A stretch of DNA of 64,000 nucleotides from assembly GCF_006345805.1 (NCBI RefSeq), contig NC_043006.1, forward strand, positions 21,142,001 to 21,206,000, in the 5' to 3' direction. This DNA comes from Octopus sinensis (taxonomy: Eukaryota). Below are positions 25,365-38,759 of the stretch, one piece after another (position 1 is the first letter of the stretch; each line of letters begins with the position of its first letter). The notes beneath the pieces are model-generated. The model worked only from the letters and a program-made list of their open reading frames with translations, was not told the DNA's origin and ran no database searches. The position numbers and the translations under genes are program-made.

Positions 25365-25635
25365 TTTAATTACTTCGTCATGAGATTCCGGCCATGCTGG
25401 GCACTGACTTGAAGAATTTTGGTCCAACGAACCGATAAACGACATACACACACATACACACGCACAAACACAAACACATACACACACGACTACGACGGGT
25501 TTCTTTCAATTTCCGTCTACCAAATCCACTTGCAAGGCTTTGGTCGACCCGAGACAGTAGTAGAATACACTTTGCCCAAGGCTCTACGCAGTGGAACTGA
25601 ACACGGAACCACCTGGTTCAGAAGCAAGCTTCTTT
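25362..25635 (-). mobile_element. SINE family B, degraded
   Basis: TTCCGTCTACCAAATCCACT body and GGCCATGCTG tail. Confidence 0.7.
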
Positions 25636-26034
25636 ATTTCATTACATTTGTCATAAAGGCAGTACATTGAGTAAAGTAGCTTTGCGGGCTGGGCAAGGAC
25701 ATTAATGAAATGAACGATAATGCAAGAAAGATGATAAGGATGGGAGAAGACAAAAAGCACCCGCCGCCTTCTGCTTCTCTAAAACAATGTTCTTTTAAAC
25801 CAAACACAACACGAGGTATTAAACCTCTTACAACTTTTCAATTTTTGGACTTAGCAGTCCATTACAAACAACAACATAGTTCAATAATTACATATAATAT
25901 ATATATATATAAATACAATACACAAAACCCCTCCTCCCAGACCTGGTTTACGCTTCCCTTAGGCAATGCACCAGCTCTAGGTCGGGGCCCCAGAAGGCGT
26001 ATCTAAATATGTCATTTGAGAAGATGTTCATTAC

Positions 26035-26255
26035 CTATTTCTTTATTACTCACAAGGGGCTAAACATAGAGGGGACAAACATGGACAGACATAGGTATTA
26101 AGTCGATTACATCGACCCCAGTGCATAACTGGTACTTAATTTATCAACCCCGAAAGGATGAAAGGCAAAGTCGACCTCGGTGGAATTTGAACTCACAGCG
26201 TAACGGCAGCCGAAATACCGCTAAGCATTTCGCCCGACGTGCTAACGATTCTGCC
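26035..26255 (-). mobile_element. SINE family A with long tail
   Basis: Matches family A; abuts the truncated end of the Tx1-like LINE. Confidence 0.85.
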
Positions 26256-27819
26256 TCATTACCCTGACCATAGCGACATCCGATATGATCTTCGTAGTCA
26301 CCTCCTCTGTCCAGGGCATGGGCTCCTCCCTTCGGGAAGCAAGCTTCTTTATTTTATCAAATTGGCCATGGAGGCCTTACAGTTACATAAAAATCAAAAA
26401 GTCAATCAAACATCAAAAATACATTATCGCTTTTCCCTTCCTCCTCTTTCAGGACCCCCAGTCAACTGCAGAGCAGACCACGTTGACAGCCGGGAGTTCA
26501 GTAAGAAGGCGAAGTGCCTATTATCAAATGTTTGTGTCACACAGTGTCACAATTTATGACTCACCCTCAACGTAACTTGTGCCAGCATCCTCCTCCATCC
26601 TCCACGCCTCATTCAAGATCGAATCGAGTTCCGTGTTGGTGTCGCCCTGGTACAAGCGATATTCCACATTGAGCCCCTTCAGCCTAAACGTCACGTCAAA
26701 CGTTATGACCTACACAGCTATCAGCAGAGGCCATTCGGGATCCTGTGTGAAGGCTAAAGGTGCTCCCTTATGGTGCTTTTCCGCCACCTTTTCAACCTCT
26801 CCGCCTCTGTAGAAGAAGATCAATAATTCGTCTTCCTCCGGGGGCGGGATATCCAATTCTTCCGTTGGCGACACAGTTCCCGCCAACGATGTTTCTTCTC
26901 CTGCCGGTGGCACAACCCCAACCGACGTAGTTCCAGGACATTCTGTTACTATGTCACCGACTGCCGGCAATGTCCCGTTTCTCTCTTCCTTTCCTCTTTC
27001 TTTTCTTTTCACCTGAGAGAGGGTGCGTCTCCTCCGTGACCGAGAGATTCATCTTCCCCTCCTCATCCATAGGATCGTTCGGCGAGCACTCATTGTTGCT
27101 CACCTTCCTCCTTCGTCCCCTGGTTGAGGAGTCCTCCACCTCCTCGGACGCCTTCATTCCCTCTTCTACAGAGGTCTCACTCAACTGCTCTCGGAACTTA
27201 TTTTGTTCCTGGGAACAGTTTTTCTTTATATGGCCGCACTCCAGGTACCGATGACATCTGGAGGGGTCGACCTTCAAGAATCACCGGATACCTGCACCCG
27301 GCCATTTAAAAAAAATCTGGAAAAACCAGATTAGCTGATTGGGTCCTAAGGGTCAAAACTGCATTTGACCCAAACCAATCAGCCGCAGGAAGAAATTTCA
27401 CATTAAGAAGCTTGGTCCCGCTGCCACCCAGACCCGGGCGGATAATCTCCTCTATCCACTTGGGTTTTATCCCGGGTGGCAACCCACAGACCCAAGCTTT
27501 CGTCAACCTCCTCCCATAATACGTGGGAAGAAACAAAATTTCCTCACCCTCCAAGGGTTGACACGCAAAATTTGTGAGCCATTTCAGGGGTATCAAATAG
27601 CAACCATACTGTTGTGTATTTGACACCCCTGGGAAATGAATTTAATTGTTGGCAAATACTCTGCAAACTCCTTTTCAATTGATGTCTTTTTGAATAGGGC
27701 GATGGTGTCGAGTGACTTGTGCAGGTTCTCAACACCACCGTCCTATCTGCACGGTCTTTCAACCAAATTTTGGGCGGTAAAATCTCCCACTCCAAAACTT
27801 TGTCGTTTATCATTGCCAT
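26256..27819 (-). pseudogene. Decayed Tx1/L1-like LINE: ORF1 with zinc knuckle (27819-26554) and start of the ORF2 AP endonuclease
   Basis: Frameshifted ORF1 with CHRYLECGHIKKNC (degenerate CX2CX4HX4C), then IVTL and NVVC-LQ-T (~DVVCLQET). T-rich upstream region on the minus strand to ~28340. Confidence 0.6.
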
Positions 27820-28427
27820 GTTTCCCTTTTTTTTTTGAAAATCTGTTCAAAATAAAACTTAAAAAGAGAGAAAAAAGAAATCAAAAAGTAAGTCACAATA
27901 AACAAAAAGAAGAAAGAAAATCAATAGTTCAGAAACACAGCCAAAAAAATCTTCCGGCCATTCTGTACTCCCGGCTTAGGTTGAACCTGGAACGCCACAA
28001 CTGGAATACAACTTCCACAAAAATTGATATACAAACTGTTCAATCATCGGGGGCAAAGACACTCCCCCAAACAGCAATTCTCACAATTATTTTAAAATTC
28101 TTCAAAAAGCACAATACTCCTTCAATTAAGCGAGAAAAATATTCACTCGACCTCAACAGAAGACGAATACGCCCCCAAACAAAAATTCTCACAATTCAGT
28201 GAGAAAAAATATTTGTTCCATGCAGGCAGAACCAGAATTCTGAATCCAGTAGGACTTCCTGCTGTACAAAAACAATTCTCAACAAAAATTCCCACTGGAC
28301 CCAAAAAACAGAATCTTACCTTACAATGGAGCTTCAAAATTTTTCAATTCGAGACGGCTTCAAAAGAATGCCTCATCGCTTTGGTGCCAAACACCACAAT
28401 TATTCGCACATGCACAGTGGAAACAAA

Positions 28428-28745
28428 CTTCTTCATCATCATTCATCATTGTTCGACCGTGGTCGAGACAATGGAATTTACTATGTTACGCCAGACTTCA
28501 CGGTCCATCATAGCATTACGGAGGTCCTGTTGCTGGATGCCTATATCCCTGGAGATTACATCAGGGTAGGAGAGTATGCGCCCTCTGGTATTGCGAGTAG
28601 ATGGCTTCCAGAGGAGAAGAGTAGAAATTACTTCTTTTTCAGCTCTACAACAATGTCCAGCAAACTGGACTCTCCTACCTTTCACAAGAGATGACACAGG
28701 TGGTAGTTTCCCATATATTTGCAACTTCTTACTACACAGCCACGC
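28428..28745 (-). mobile_element. RTE-clade LINE 3' fragment
   Basis: IYGKLPPVS...RRVQFAGHCCR...LLLWKP...GR...AMMDREVWR followed by a (TGA)n-like tail. Confidence 0.8.
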
Positions 28746-28827
28746 TTGCACATCTTACATAAACAAACAGAAACCCACTCAGTGGGCGGTATTTCTTTTT
28801 TGTTAAATAATATTGTTTTCACATTTT

Positions 28828-29876
28828 GGTGCTTGGCCAGCAATTTCAGGAGAGGTGTAAGTCGATTGCATATACCCCAGTGTTCAACTGGTATTCATTT
28901 TATCGACCCGGAAAGGATAACAAACAAAATCGACTCCGGTGACATTGGAACTCTGAACGTAAAACCCGAAGAAATGCCACTAAGCATTTTGTTTAGAGCG
29001 GTAACGATCCTGCCAGCTTGTCGCCTTAGTATTGGTTTCAAATTTCGGCACTAGGCCGGCAATTTCACGAGAGAGGCTAAGTCAATTACATCGATCCCAG
29101 TGCTCAGCTGGTACTTATTTTATCGACCTCGAAACGATGAAAGGCAAAGTCGACCTCGATTGAATTTGAACTCAGAACGTAAAGACGGACGAAATGCCGC
29201 TTAGCTTTTTATCCGACATGCTAACGATTCTGCCAGCACGCCACTTTAATATTCTTTTCTACTCTAGGCACAAGGCCCTAAATTTTGGGGAAGGGGGCCA
29301 GTCGATTAAATCGACCGCAGTACGCAACTGGTACTTAATTTATCGATCCCGAAAGTATTCTGAAAGGCAAAGTCGACCTCGGCGAAATTTGAACTCAGAC
29401 CGCAAAGACGGACGAAATGCCGCTAAGCATATTGCCCGGCGTGCTAATGATTCTGCCAGCATGCCACCTTAATATTAATAAAAATATTCGTTTCAAATTT
29501 CGGTACAAGGCCAATAATTTCAGGGGTAATGGTAAGTCGATTACATCGACCACAGTACTCGACTGGAACTTATTTTATCGGCTCCGAATGGGTGAAAGCA
29601 AAGTCAACCTCGGTGGAATTTGAAAGACGAATGAAATACCGTTAAGCATTTCGCCCGGCTTGATTCCGATTCTGCTGGCTCGGCGCCCTACTAGTATTGA
29701 TTTCAAATTTTGGCTCAAGGAGTTTGTAGGTTGATTACATTGACCCAGCTGGTAATTTTTTATCGACTCCGAAAGGATGAAAGGCATAGTCGACCTCGGT
29801 GTAATTTGAACTCAGAATGTAAAGACAAACCAAAAGCCGCCAAGCGGCGTGCTAACGATTCTGCCAGCTCACCGTC
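28828..29876 (-). mobile_element. Head-to-tail array of five family A SINEs
   Basis: Units at ~28828-29025, 29030-29243, 29250-29468, 29490-29688 and 29696-29876, each separately diverged. Confidence 0.85.
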
Positions 29877-29917
29877 TTTCCCCGATGAGTAACTCAGTTT
29901 AGTATTATTTTTTTCTC

Positions 29918-30072
29918 AGTGGCTGTGTGGTAAGTAGCTTGCTAACCAACCACATGGTTGTGGGTTCAGTCCCACTGCGTGGCACCTTGGGCAAGTGTCT
30001 TCTGCTAGAGCCCCGGGCCGACCAATGCTTTGTGAGTGGATTTGGTAGACGGAAACTGAAAGAAGCCCGTCG

Positions 30073-30108
<36 letters not shown>

Positions 30109-30325
30109 TGTTTGTGTGTCTGTGTTTGTCCCCCTAGCATTGCTTGACAACCGATGCTGGTGTGTTTACGACCCAGTTACTTAGCGGTTCGGCAAAAAGA
30201 GACCGATAGAATAAGTACTGGGCTTACAAAAGAATAGGTCCCGGGGTCGATTTGCTCGACTAAAAGGCGGTGCTCCAGTATGGCCGCTGTCAAATGACTG
30301 AGACAAGTAAAAGAGTAAAAAAGTA
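29918..30325 (+). mobile_element. SINE family B
   Basis: A/B boxes, body and tail as in other B copies. Confidence 0.9.
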
Positions 30326-30665
30326 AAAAAAAAAAGAGCCTATGTTCAGATTCGATCTCATGAATTGGAACAAAGAGAATATGCTAAGTTAAATACAAGC
30401 TCTCGATACTTATAGCTTTGAAATGTCATCTATACACACCAATTTTCTGTCTGGAGTTTGCGCGTCTTGACAGAAGTTCAGTGAGTACAGCTCTGATAGT
30501 GGGACGTAAATATTCGCTATTTGGTCTACAAGATCTGTTCCGAAATACTTAAGAAGTTGTGAGTCATTATACTGTTACTATTGTTTTTAGTCATCGCACA
30601 TTCGCTTATTTCTTTGAACCAGTAACATTTTCCTCTCTCTCTCTCTCTCTCTCTCTAATAAAAAC

Positions 30666-31106
<441 letters not shown>

Positions 31107-31108
31107 AT

Positions 31109-31141
<33 letters not shown>

Positions 31142-31433
31142 AGAGGTAAAGAGTGAGGGTACGGCGTATTGCGTACCAAATACCTCTAAAAAATAGAGGA
31201 TGGCTCATAAGACTGCAATTTAGATAAGTAAAAGAAATCTTAATGCTTCTGAAACAAACGTATCAAAGCTGCATTCGTAGTCTTTGTTAATCAGTCTGGT
31301 TATTAGAAAAGAATTATCATGTCCTCATTGTTTTTTTTTTTTTTTCTATCTTAAATAGTATAAAAGCCACAGTAAAATATAACTACTGCATGTAATAACG
31401 GGCGACGGGAGTTTTATGATAATAAAATAATAA

Positions 31434-31444
31434 TAATAATAATA

Positions 31445-31534
<90 letters not shown>

Positions 31535-31541
31535 GTGATGG

Positions 31542-31572
<31 letters not shown>

Positions 31573-31625
31573 AATAATAATAATAATAATGGTAATAATA
31601 ATAATGATAAAAATAATAATAATTG
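31434..31625. repeat. (AAT)n/(GAT)n microsatellite
   Basis: Directly visible. Confidence 0.95.
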
Positions 31626-31907
31626 TTGTTGTCGTCATTATTATTATCGCTGCTTGTATTAATATGTTCCGCTTATTCACTGCTGTACAGTTTTTCTGCT
31701 CCTATTATTCTTGGTGTTGTTGCTGTAGTTATGTGATTGTTGTCCTTGTTGTTGCTGTTGTTGTTGTCATTAAGTATTGATCGAACGAATTTCCGATTAA
31801 AATCATTCTAACCGTGACCATCCTGTTTTTTTTCTCTTCTTTACATGTTTAAAAAGAGAGGACTGTATGATTTGAGTTTATTTATTTGTTATTATGAGAA
31901 GGTCGAC

Positions 31908-32275
31908 AGAAGGCGGCGAGTTTGAAGAATAGTTTAACCTGCCGTATAAAATGCTTTGAAGCATTTTGTCCGTCTTTATGTTTTGTGTTCAAATTCCGCA
32001 TGGTCGTCTTTGCCTTTCTTCTTTTCAAGGTCGAAATAAAAATAAGAAGCAGTTGATGTAATCGACTGTCCTTCTCCTCCTCCTCTAAATTTCAGTCCTT
32101 GAACAGCATTTCGTCCGTCTTTACGTTCTGGGTTCAAATTCTGCCGAGGTCGTCTTTGCCTTTTATCACTTCAGGATCGATAAAATAAGTTGCAGACAAG
32201 CCCTGGGGCGATATAAATCGACTATACCCCTCCCTTCAAAAGTGTTGGCTCTGTGCCAAAATTTGAAACTATTAT
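31908..32275 (+). mobile_element. Two degraded tandem family A SINE pieces
   Basis: GTTCAAATTC...GGTCGTCTTTGCC occurs twice. Confidence 0.7.
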
Positions 32276-32534
32276 CAGCAGGTCGAGTGATCCCTTTCAC
32301 GCTTATTTGTTGGTTTGTTACACTAACTCTAGTTCGGTCAAGTGGAATAAAATCAGATCGTTCTTGTAATACCGAAAAATAGCGAAGACCTTGCAAGTAA
32401 TCAAGAAAGAACTGTACTAATTCTTAGGATATTGTCTTCTGAGTTTACTCTGAAATAATAGTTTCTTGATACAATCGACCCTAGTTCTTGACAAGTACTT
32501 TATTTTATCGACCACGTGAGACGAGATGAAGGGT

Positions 32535-32768
32535 ATATGTTTCTTTATAACCCACAAGGAGACAAACACAGAGGGGACAAACTAGGACAGACAAACGGAT
32601 TAAGTCGATTATATCAACCCCAGTACGTAGCTGATACTTAATTTATCGACTCCGAAAGGATGAAAGGCAAAGTCGTCCTCGGCGGGATTTGAACTCAGAA
32701 CGTAACGGCAGACGAAATACGGCTACGCATTTCGCCCGGCGTGCTAACGTTTCTGCCAATTCGCCGCC
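32535..32768 (-). mobile_element. SINE family A with long tail
   Basis: Close match to 26035-26255. Confidence 0.85.
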
Positions 32769-32914
32769 TTCAAACGAGATGAAGGGTATAGTTGACCTCA
32801 AATGGGATTTGTACTCGGGACGTAGAGATCCGGAAGAAACATCGCCAAGCATTTTCCCCGGTGTTCTAACGACACTACCAAACTCGTTTCGCTTGTTCGC
32901 AGTAATCTTTTTTC

Positions 32915-33105
32915 TCTATTATAGGCACAAGGCCTGAAATTTTGGGAGAAGGGGTTAGTCAATGTAATCGACCCCAGTGTTCAGCTGGTACTTATTTTAT
33001 CGACCCCAAAAGGATGGAAAGCAAAGTCAATCTCGACGGAATTTGAACGAGTTGCCGCTAAGCATTTGGCCCGGTGTGCTAACTATTCTGCCAACTCGCT
33101 GCCTT
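32915..33105 (-). mobile_element. SINE family A
   Basis: Matches family A. Confidence 0.75.
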
Positions 33106-33343
33106 TTGGTATTTAGTAATTATAAAACCAATGTTCTGGGTCTTTGATGGGCAGTGTTTAAATCCACCAATAATGAAAACGAGCTTCAGCTGAGCCAGCG
33201 ATAGAGCAGCCATATTTCAAAGCTCAAAATGCTAGAAGCAATAATCAAATTTACTTCAGAAGGAAAGACGTCGTTAACTATGTGCGTCAGACGGTTGAAA
33301 CCTTGCGGATCCTACACATTTCCAGGTATGAATAAAGTAGATT

Positions 33344-33625
33344 TCTTCTTCTTCTTCTTCTTCTTCTTCTTCTTCTTCTTCTTCTTTCTTCTTCTTCTTC
33401 TTCTTCTTCTTCTTCTCCTTCTTCTTCTCCTTCTTCTTCTTCTTCTTCTTCTTCTTCTTCTTCTTCTTCTTCTCCTTCTTCTTCTTCTCCTTCTTCTTCT
33501 TCTCCTTCTTCTTCTTCTTCTTCTTCTTCTTCTTCTTCTTCTCCTTCTTCTTCTTCTTTGTCTTCTTCTTTTTCTTCTTCTTCTTCTTCTTCTTCTTCTT
33601 CTTCTTCTTCTTCTTCTTCTTCTTT
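33344..33625. repeat. (CTT)n microsatellite
   Basis: Directly visible. Confidence 0.95.
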
Positions 33626-33954
33626 TCATGAAGGTGGAAGAGATGAAAAAAAGAGGAGGCGGAGATGAAGTAGGTGGAGGAGGGAATGAGTAAGGTGGTG
33701 AAGATGGAAACCCATTGACAAATATAGTTGTACAGATATTGTACTTGGAAGCAGATAGAATGGTCATAACTGGAACGCCTGAAATCATTATATCTACGCA
33801 ATCAGGGCTGGCATGGGGTTAAACAGCAACAGTTAACAAATAGCTCCAAAGGAACCAATGAGCAGTTTTCTACATGGTCGCCTGACTTCCTGGAAAAAGC
33901 AGCCGAATCTCCATGAAATGATGTTTAGTGTCTTAAAACTGGAATGCATTACAA

Positions 33955-34162
33955 AATGCATGCATGTATGTATGTATGTATGTATGCAAGTATGCATGCA
34001 TGCATGCATGCATGTATGTATGTATGTGTGTATGCATGCATGCATGCATGCATGCATGCATGCATGTATGTATGTATGTATGTATGCATGCATGCATGCA
34101 TGCATGTATGTATGTATGTATGTATGTATGCATGCATGTATGTATGTATGTATGTATGTTTG

Positions 34163-34193
<31 letters not shown>

Positions 34194-34463
34194 GTATGTG
34201 TGTGGTGTGTGTGTGTATGCATGTATGTATGTATGTATGCATGTTTGCATGTATGTATGTATGTATGTATGTATGTGTGTATGTATGTATGTATGCATGT
34301 ATGTATGTATGCATGTATGTATATATGTATGTATGTATGTATGTGCGTATGTATGTATGTATGCATGCATGCATGCATGTATGTATGTATGTATGTATGT
34401 ATGCATGTATGTATGTATGTATGTATGTATGCATGTATGTATGCATGTATGTATGTATGTATG
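33955..34463. repeat. (ATGC/ATGT)n microsatellite
   Basis: Directly visible. Confidence 0.95.
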
Positions 34464-34786
34464 CCTATATATTTGTGTCTCTGCGTGCCGTTTGTGCGTA
34501 TATACACACATACATAGACACATACATGCATACGTACATGAACACTGGATGCTATGATTGAAAAATCTTTAACTAAGGAGTTTGCTCGTTCAAATGTTGA
34601 CTTGAAAATAGACAACAGCAGCTACAACAGCTGATGTTGCTATTCCAATATAAATTAATTTCTTCGCGACATCACCCGGTATGCGATAATTAGCAATGGA
34701 ATGTTTCTCAAATCGTACCCCACACATTAGCTAAGAATATGCTTTTCTCTATCAAGTCTGACCTCGAGCTTTTTTTTTTTTTTTTT

Positions 34787-35171
34787 TGGAAGCACTCCGT
34801 CGGTTACGACGACAAGGGTTCCGGTTGATCCGAATCAACGGAACAGCCTGCTCGTGAAATTAACGTGTAAGTGGCTGAGCACTCCACAGGCACGTGTACC
34901 CTTAATGTAGTTCTCGGGGATATTCAGCGTGACACAGAGAGTGACAAGGCCGGCCCCTTTGAAATACAGGTACAACAGAAACAGGAAGTAAGAGTGAGAG
35001 AAAGTTGTGGTGAAAGAGTACAGCAGGGATCACCACCATCCCCTGCCGGAGCCTCGTGGAGCTTTAGGTGTTTTCGCTCAATAAACACTCACAACGCCCG
35101 GTCTGGGAATCGAAACCGCGATCCTACGACCGCGAGTCCGCTGCCCTAACCACTAGGCCATTGCGCCTCCA
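34787..35171 (-). mobile_element. SINE family C, full length, poly(A) tail, 12-bp TSD
   Basis: TGACCTCGAGCT at 34759-34770 and 35174-35185; poly-T run to 34787. Confidence 0.9.
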
Positions 35172-35622
35172 CATGACCTCGAGCTAAACAATAACTCAAC
35201 CACTTAACGTTGTGGGATTTTCTCTGTAACGATGGAAGTATTCAAGCTGCGATGAATTTAATCCAATCACGAACTCATGAAGAATACTAGGCTAATTGGA
35301 CAGTTGCACAAAACACTCCGGCCCCTTTCTATAAAAAAGACTTGTAAACCAAAGGAAGTCTTGTTCATTCGCTCACGATAGCTACTGTATTAAAACTACC
35401 ACACTTTCCCATAGCATAGATAATTTTGATATATATTTCTGAGTATACTATAATATTCCAGTCCAGTGAAACTGAGATTTTTCTAAGATAATCTTCATTT
35501 TCACCGCTAAAACATCTAGAAACAGCTATTTTTGGATTTATGATTGTTATTTAAACATGAGAGGAAATAATAATAGCATTACTAATGAGCGAATATCTTA
35601 TTTAACACAAATTCATTCGCTG

Positions 35623-36015
35623 TCTATATAAAGGTGAAGTTGTATGTCTGTCTCCTACGATTTAGATTCCTAACTACTCCCACATTTTGCGGTGCAGTGT
35701 AACCAAAAGCGGGTATCTTATAGTCGTGATTCATATCGAGCCCTTCTGGGTATTAGCACGCGTCTACGACGAGTCTACGATTTAAAAAAAAAATTACCAT
35801 AATTTTTTCCCATTTTTTAATGCATTTTTTTGCTATTATATAAGGGAAGTAACTCTCTAAAAATGTATTATTAAATCTCAGAACGTAAAAAGCTACAGTA
35901 ACACCCCCTCTTTGTGGTTAGCCATATTGAGATGGCTATTATACTTTACATCTCTAAAAATGCTTATATAGTTATTTCCCTTACAAACCCGAGCAACGCC
36001 GGGCGATACTGCTAG
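35623..36015 (+). mobile_element. Non-autonomous Helitron
   Basis: 5' TCTATATAAA; 3' hairpin CCCGAGCAACGCCGGG, then CTAG|T; homologous to 2879-3384. Confidence 0.75.
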
Positions 36016-36413
36016 TAAATTATAATTCTTTATTTGTTTTTCAGAGTATTCTTAGCACTATCGGTGATAGATTAGCAGAAATGGTAGTAAAATGACGGTC
36101 AAAATGCATTACGGTAATTAATTACCTGTCTTTACATTTTGAGTTCAAATTCCACTGCGCTCGACTTAATTTTTCATTCATCCAGTGTCAATAAAATAAA
36201 TATCACTTGAGCTCAAGGTTGATCTTAATCGATTACATCCGTCAGCTATTATTAAAACTGAATGCATCATCATTGCACACTAGGGTTTGAAATTGTCTTG
36301 TGCATGCAACATTTCTAAATCTTTATTAATTCTTTCCAATAAAACTTTTCTAATTGTTATACCAATGTTTGAATCGAAATGCTACACGCGAGCATTGTGG
36401 ATAAGTTAAGTGG

Positions 36414-36762
36414 TGGAAGCACTCCGTCGGTTACGACGACGAGGGTTCCGGTTGATCCGATCAACGGAACAGCCTGCTCGTGAAATTAACGTGTAAGTGG
36501 CTGAGCACTCCACAGACACGTGTACCCTTAACGTAGTTCTCGGGGATATTCAGCGTGACACAGAGAGTGACAAGGCCGGCCCTTTGAAATACAGGTACAA
36601 CAGAAACAGGAAGTAAGAGCGAGAGAAAGTTGTGGTGAAAGAGCCTCGTGGAGCTTTAGGTGTTTTCGCTCAATAAACACTCACAACGCCCGGTCTGGGA
36701 ATCGAAACCGCGATCCTACGACCGCGAGTCCGCTGCCCTAACCACTGGGCCATTGCGGCTCC
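36414..36762 (-). mobile_element. SINE family C with internal deletion, 12-bp TSD
   Basis: ATAAGTTAAGTG at 36401-36412 and 36765-36776. Confidence 0.9.
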
Positions 36763-36829
36763 GCATAAGTTAAGTGACGAGTATAACGAACGATCCAGTA
36801 GCGAAGAAAACTGGAACGGAACGAAAGCT

Positions 36830-37030
36830 GGTACCAATGTTGATGATATGGCGAAAGTTATACCATATTTTTCACCATGTTATTAAGGATCAGAACCTCC
36901 GTGACTGCATCCTCATGGACTGGTTGGACGGAAGACGGACTTACTAGCGACAAAGATAGACATAAAATTATAACACGAAGAGCTGTGAGGTGGAGAAACT
37001 CGGTGACTATATGGCTGCATCAAGACACTG
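36830..37030 (+). pseudogene. RTE-like LINE 3' coding remnant
   Basis: RKLYHIFHHVIKDQNLRDCILMDWLDGRR...RWR resembles RKLxYFGHVxR...GxR...WR. Confidence 0.4.
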
Positions 37031-37215
37031 CAGCATGTGTGGGGAGTAGTATTTCAGTCCAAGGTCCTCGACTTACAGATACGAGGCTGGACATAGTCAT
37101 ATGTGTGTGTGTTTATGTATGTATGTATATACGTAGTATGTATGTATGTATGTATGTATGTATGTATGCATGTATGTATCATGTATGCATGCATGTATGT
37201 ATCTCTCTTTCTGTA

Positions 37216-37270
<55 letters not shown>

Positions 37271-37313
37271 ATATCTATCTACCTATCTATCTAAATTTAA
37301 AATGAGGGCAATG

Positions 37314-37406
37314 GTCTAGCATATTAAAATTGTATCAATAAATTGTCTAGCATATTAAAATTGTATCAATAAATTGTCTAGCATATTAAAATTGTATCAA
37401 TAAATT
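37314..37406. repeat. Perfect 31-bp tandem repeat x3
   Basis: GTCTAGCATATTAAAATTGTATCAATAAATT repeated three times. Confidence 0.95.
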
Positions 37407-37411
37407 GTATC

Positions 37412-37641
37412 ATATACATATGAGAGGGATGACCACTACGTGGACAACCATTATGCTAGAAGTAGATCCGCTATGGTCTTACCACTGAGAAATGTTCTCA
37501 AGAAAAAAAATAGCAAACACCAAAACGTTCTGGTGTTTGCTAAATTTTTTCTTGAGAACATTTCTTAGTAGTAAGACCATAGCGGATCTACTTCTAGCAT
37601 AAAGGTTGTCCACATAGTGGTCATCCCTCTCATATGTATAT
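37412..37641. repeat. Inverted repeat, ~110-bp arms, 8-nt loop
   Basis: CATATGAGAGGGATGACCAC...CAAACACCA-aaacgttc-TGGTGTTTG...GTGGTCATCCCTCTCATATG. Confidence 0.95.
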
Positions 37642-37681
37642 AATATATATATATCTCTCTCTCCCTCCCTCTCTCTCTCCC

Positions 37682-37735
<54 letters not shown>

Positions 37736-37818
37736 GTGAGAGAGAGAGAAATAGATACAGATTATATATACATATATATTTGTATGTGTGTGTACATATA
37801 CATCTATCTAGCTATCTG

Positions 37819-37888
<70 letters not shown>

Positions 37889-38094
37889 CATCTATCTATC
37901 CATTTATCTATCTATCTACCTGCCTATCTATTTGTCTATATGTCTGTATGTCTGCATGTCTGCATGTTTGTGTGTATGTATATATTTGTACAAGAACAGA
38001 AGTTTAGAGAGAGGAATGTTATATGGAAAAGACTTGAGGTCATTTAAAGATGTTTAGGGAATATGGACTAACAGAATTTTTTTTTTCGTTTGCT

Positions 38095-38462
38095 TTTTAC
38101 CTTCTGTTTGTTTGAGTTTGACTAAGGCCATGCTGTAGCACCACATTGAAGGGTTTTACTCAAAAGGATCACGAAACAGCCTCAGCACTTATTTTTACAT
38201 AGCTCGCTACTTATTTTATCGAACTTCTTTGCCGCCCCACTATGGTGCGGTGACGTAAACAAATCAAAACCGGTTGTCAAGCGGTGAAGGGGGACAAATG
38301 CACATACATATACACACACGCAAACACACACACCATAGACCTCTAACAGTTTCCGTCTAACAATTCTACTCATAAGGAGTGGTTGGCCAAGGTCTTTGAG
38401 AGAAGATACTCAGAACATGTGGTTGGGAAGCAAAGTTTTTACTACACAGCCATGTTTGCACC
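38095..38462 (-). mobile_element. SINE family B, degraded
   Basis: Diverged match to the B body and tail. Confidence 0.65.
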
Positions 38463-38564
38463 TATTTATTTTTATTTATTTATGCGCCCTTTTCAAGCCT
38501 AGCCAGGCTCATGGGTCCGGTTTTCCTGTGGACGGGACACCAGTCCATTGCAGCGTTACTCAAG

Positions 38565-38759
38565 AAACAGGAAGGGAGAATGAGAGAAAGTTGGGGCAAA
38601 AGAGTACAACAGGTGTCGCCACCCCCCTCCTGCCGGAGCCTCGTGGAGCCTTAGGTGTTTTTGCTCAATAAACACACACACACGCCCGGTCTGGAAATCG
38701 AAACCGCGATCCTCCAACCGCAAGTCCGCTGCTCTAACCACTGGGCCATTGCGCCTCCA
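38565..38759 (-). mobile_element. SINE family C, 5' part
   Basis: Ends CCATTGCGCCTCCA. Confidence 0.8.

Noticed and set aside
23688-25412. Long Y/I/C/V-rich ORFs (and similar ones at 31414-31780, 33229-34615, 50604-50972)
   Set aside because: Translations of microsatellites.
37314-37406. CRISPR-like 31-bp repeats
   Set aside because: No spacers; eukaryotic context; no cas genes.
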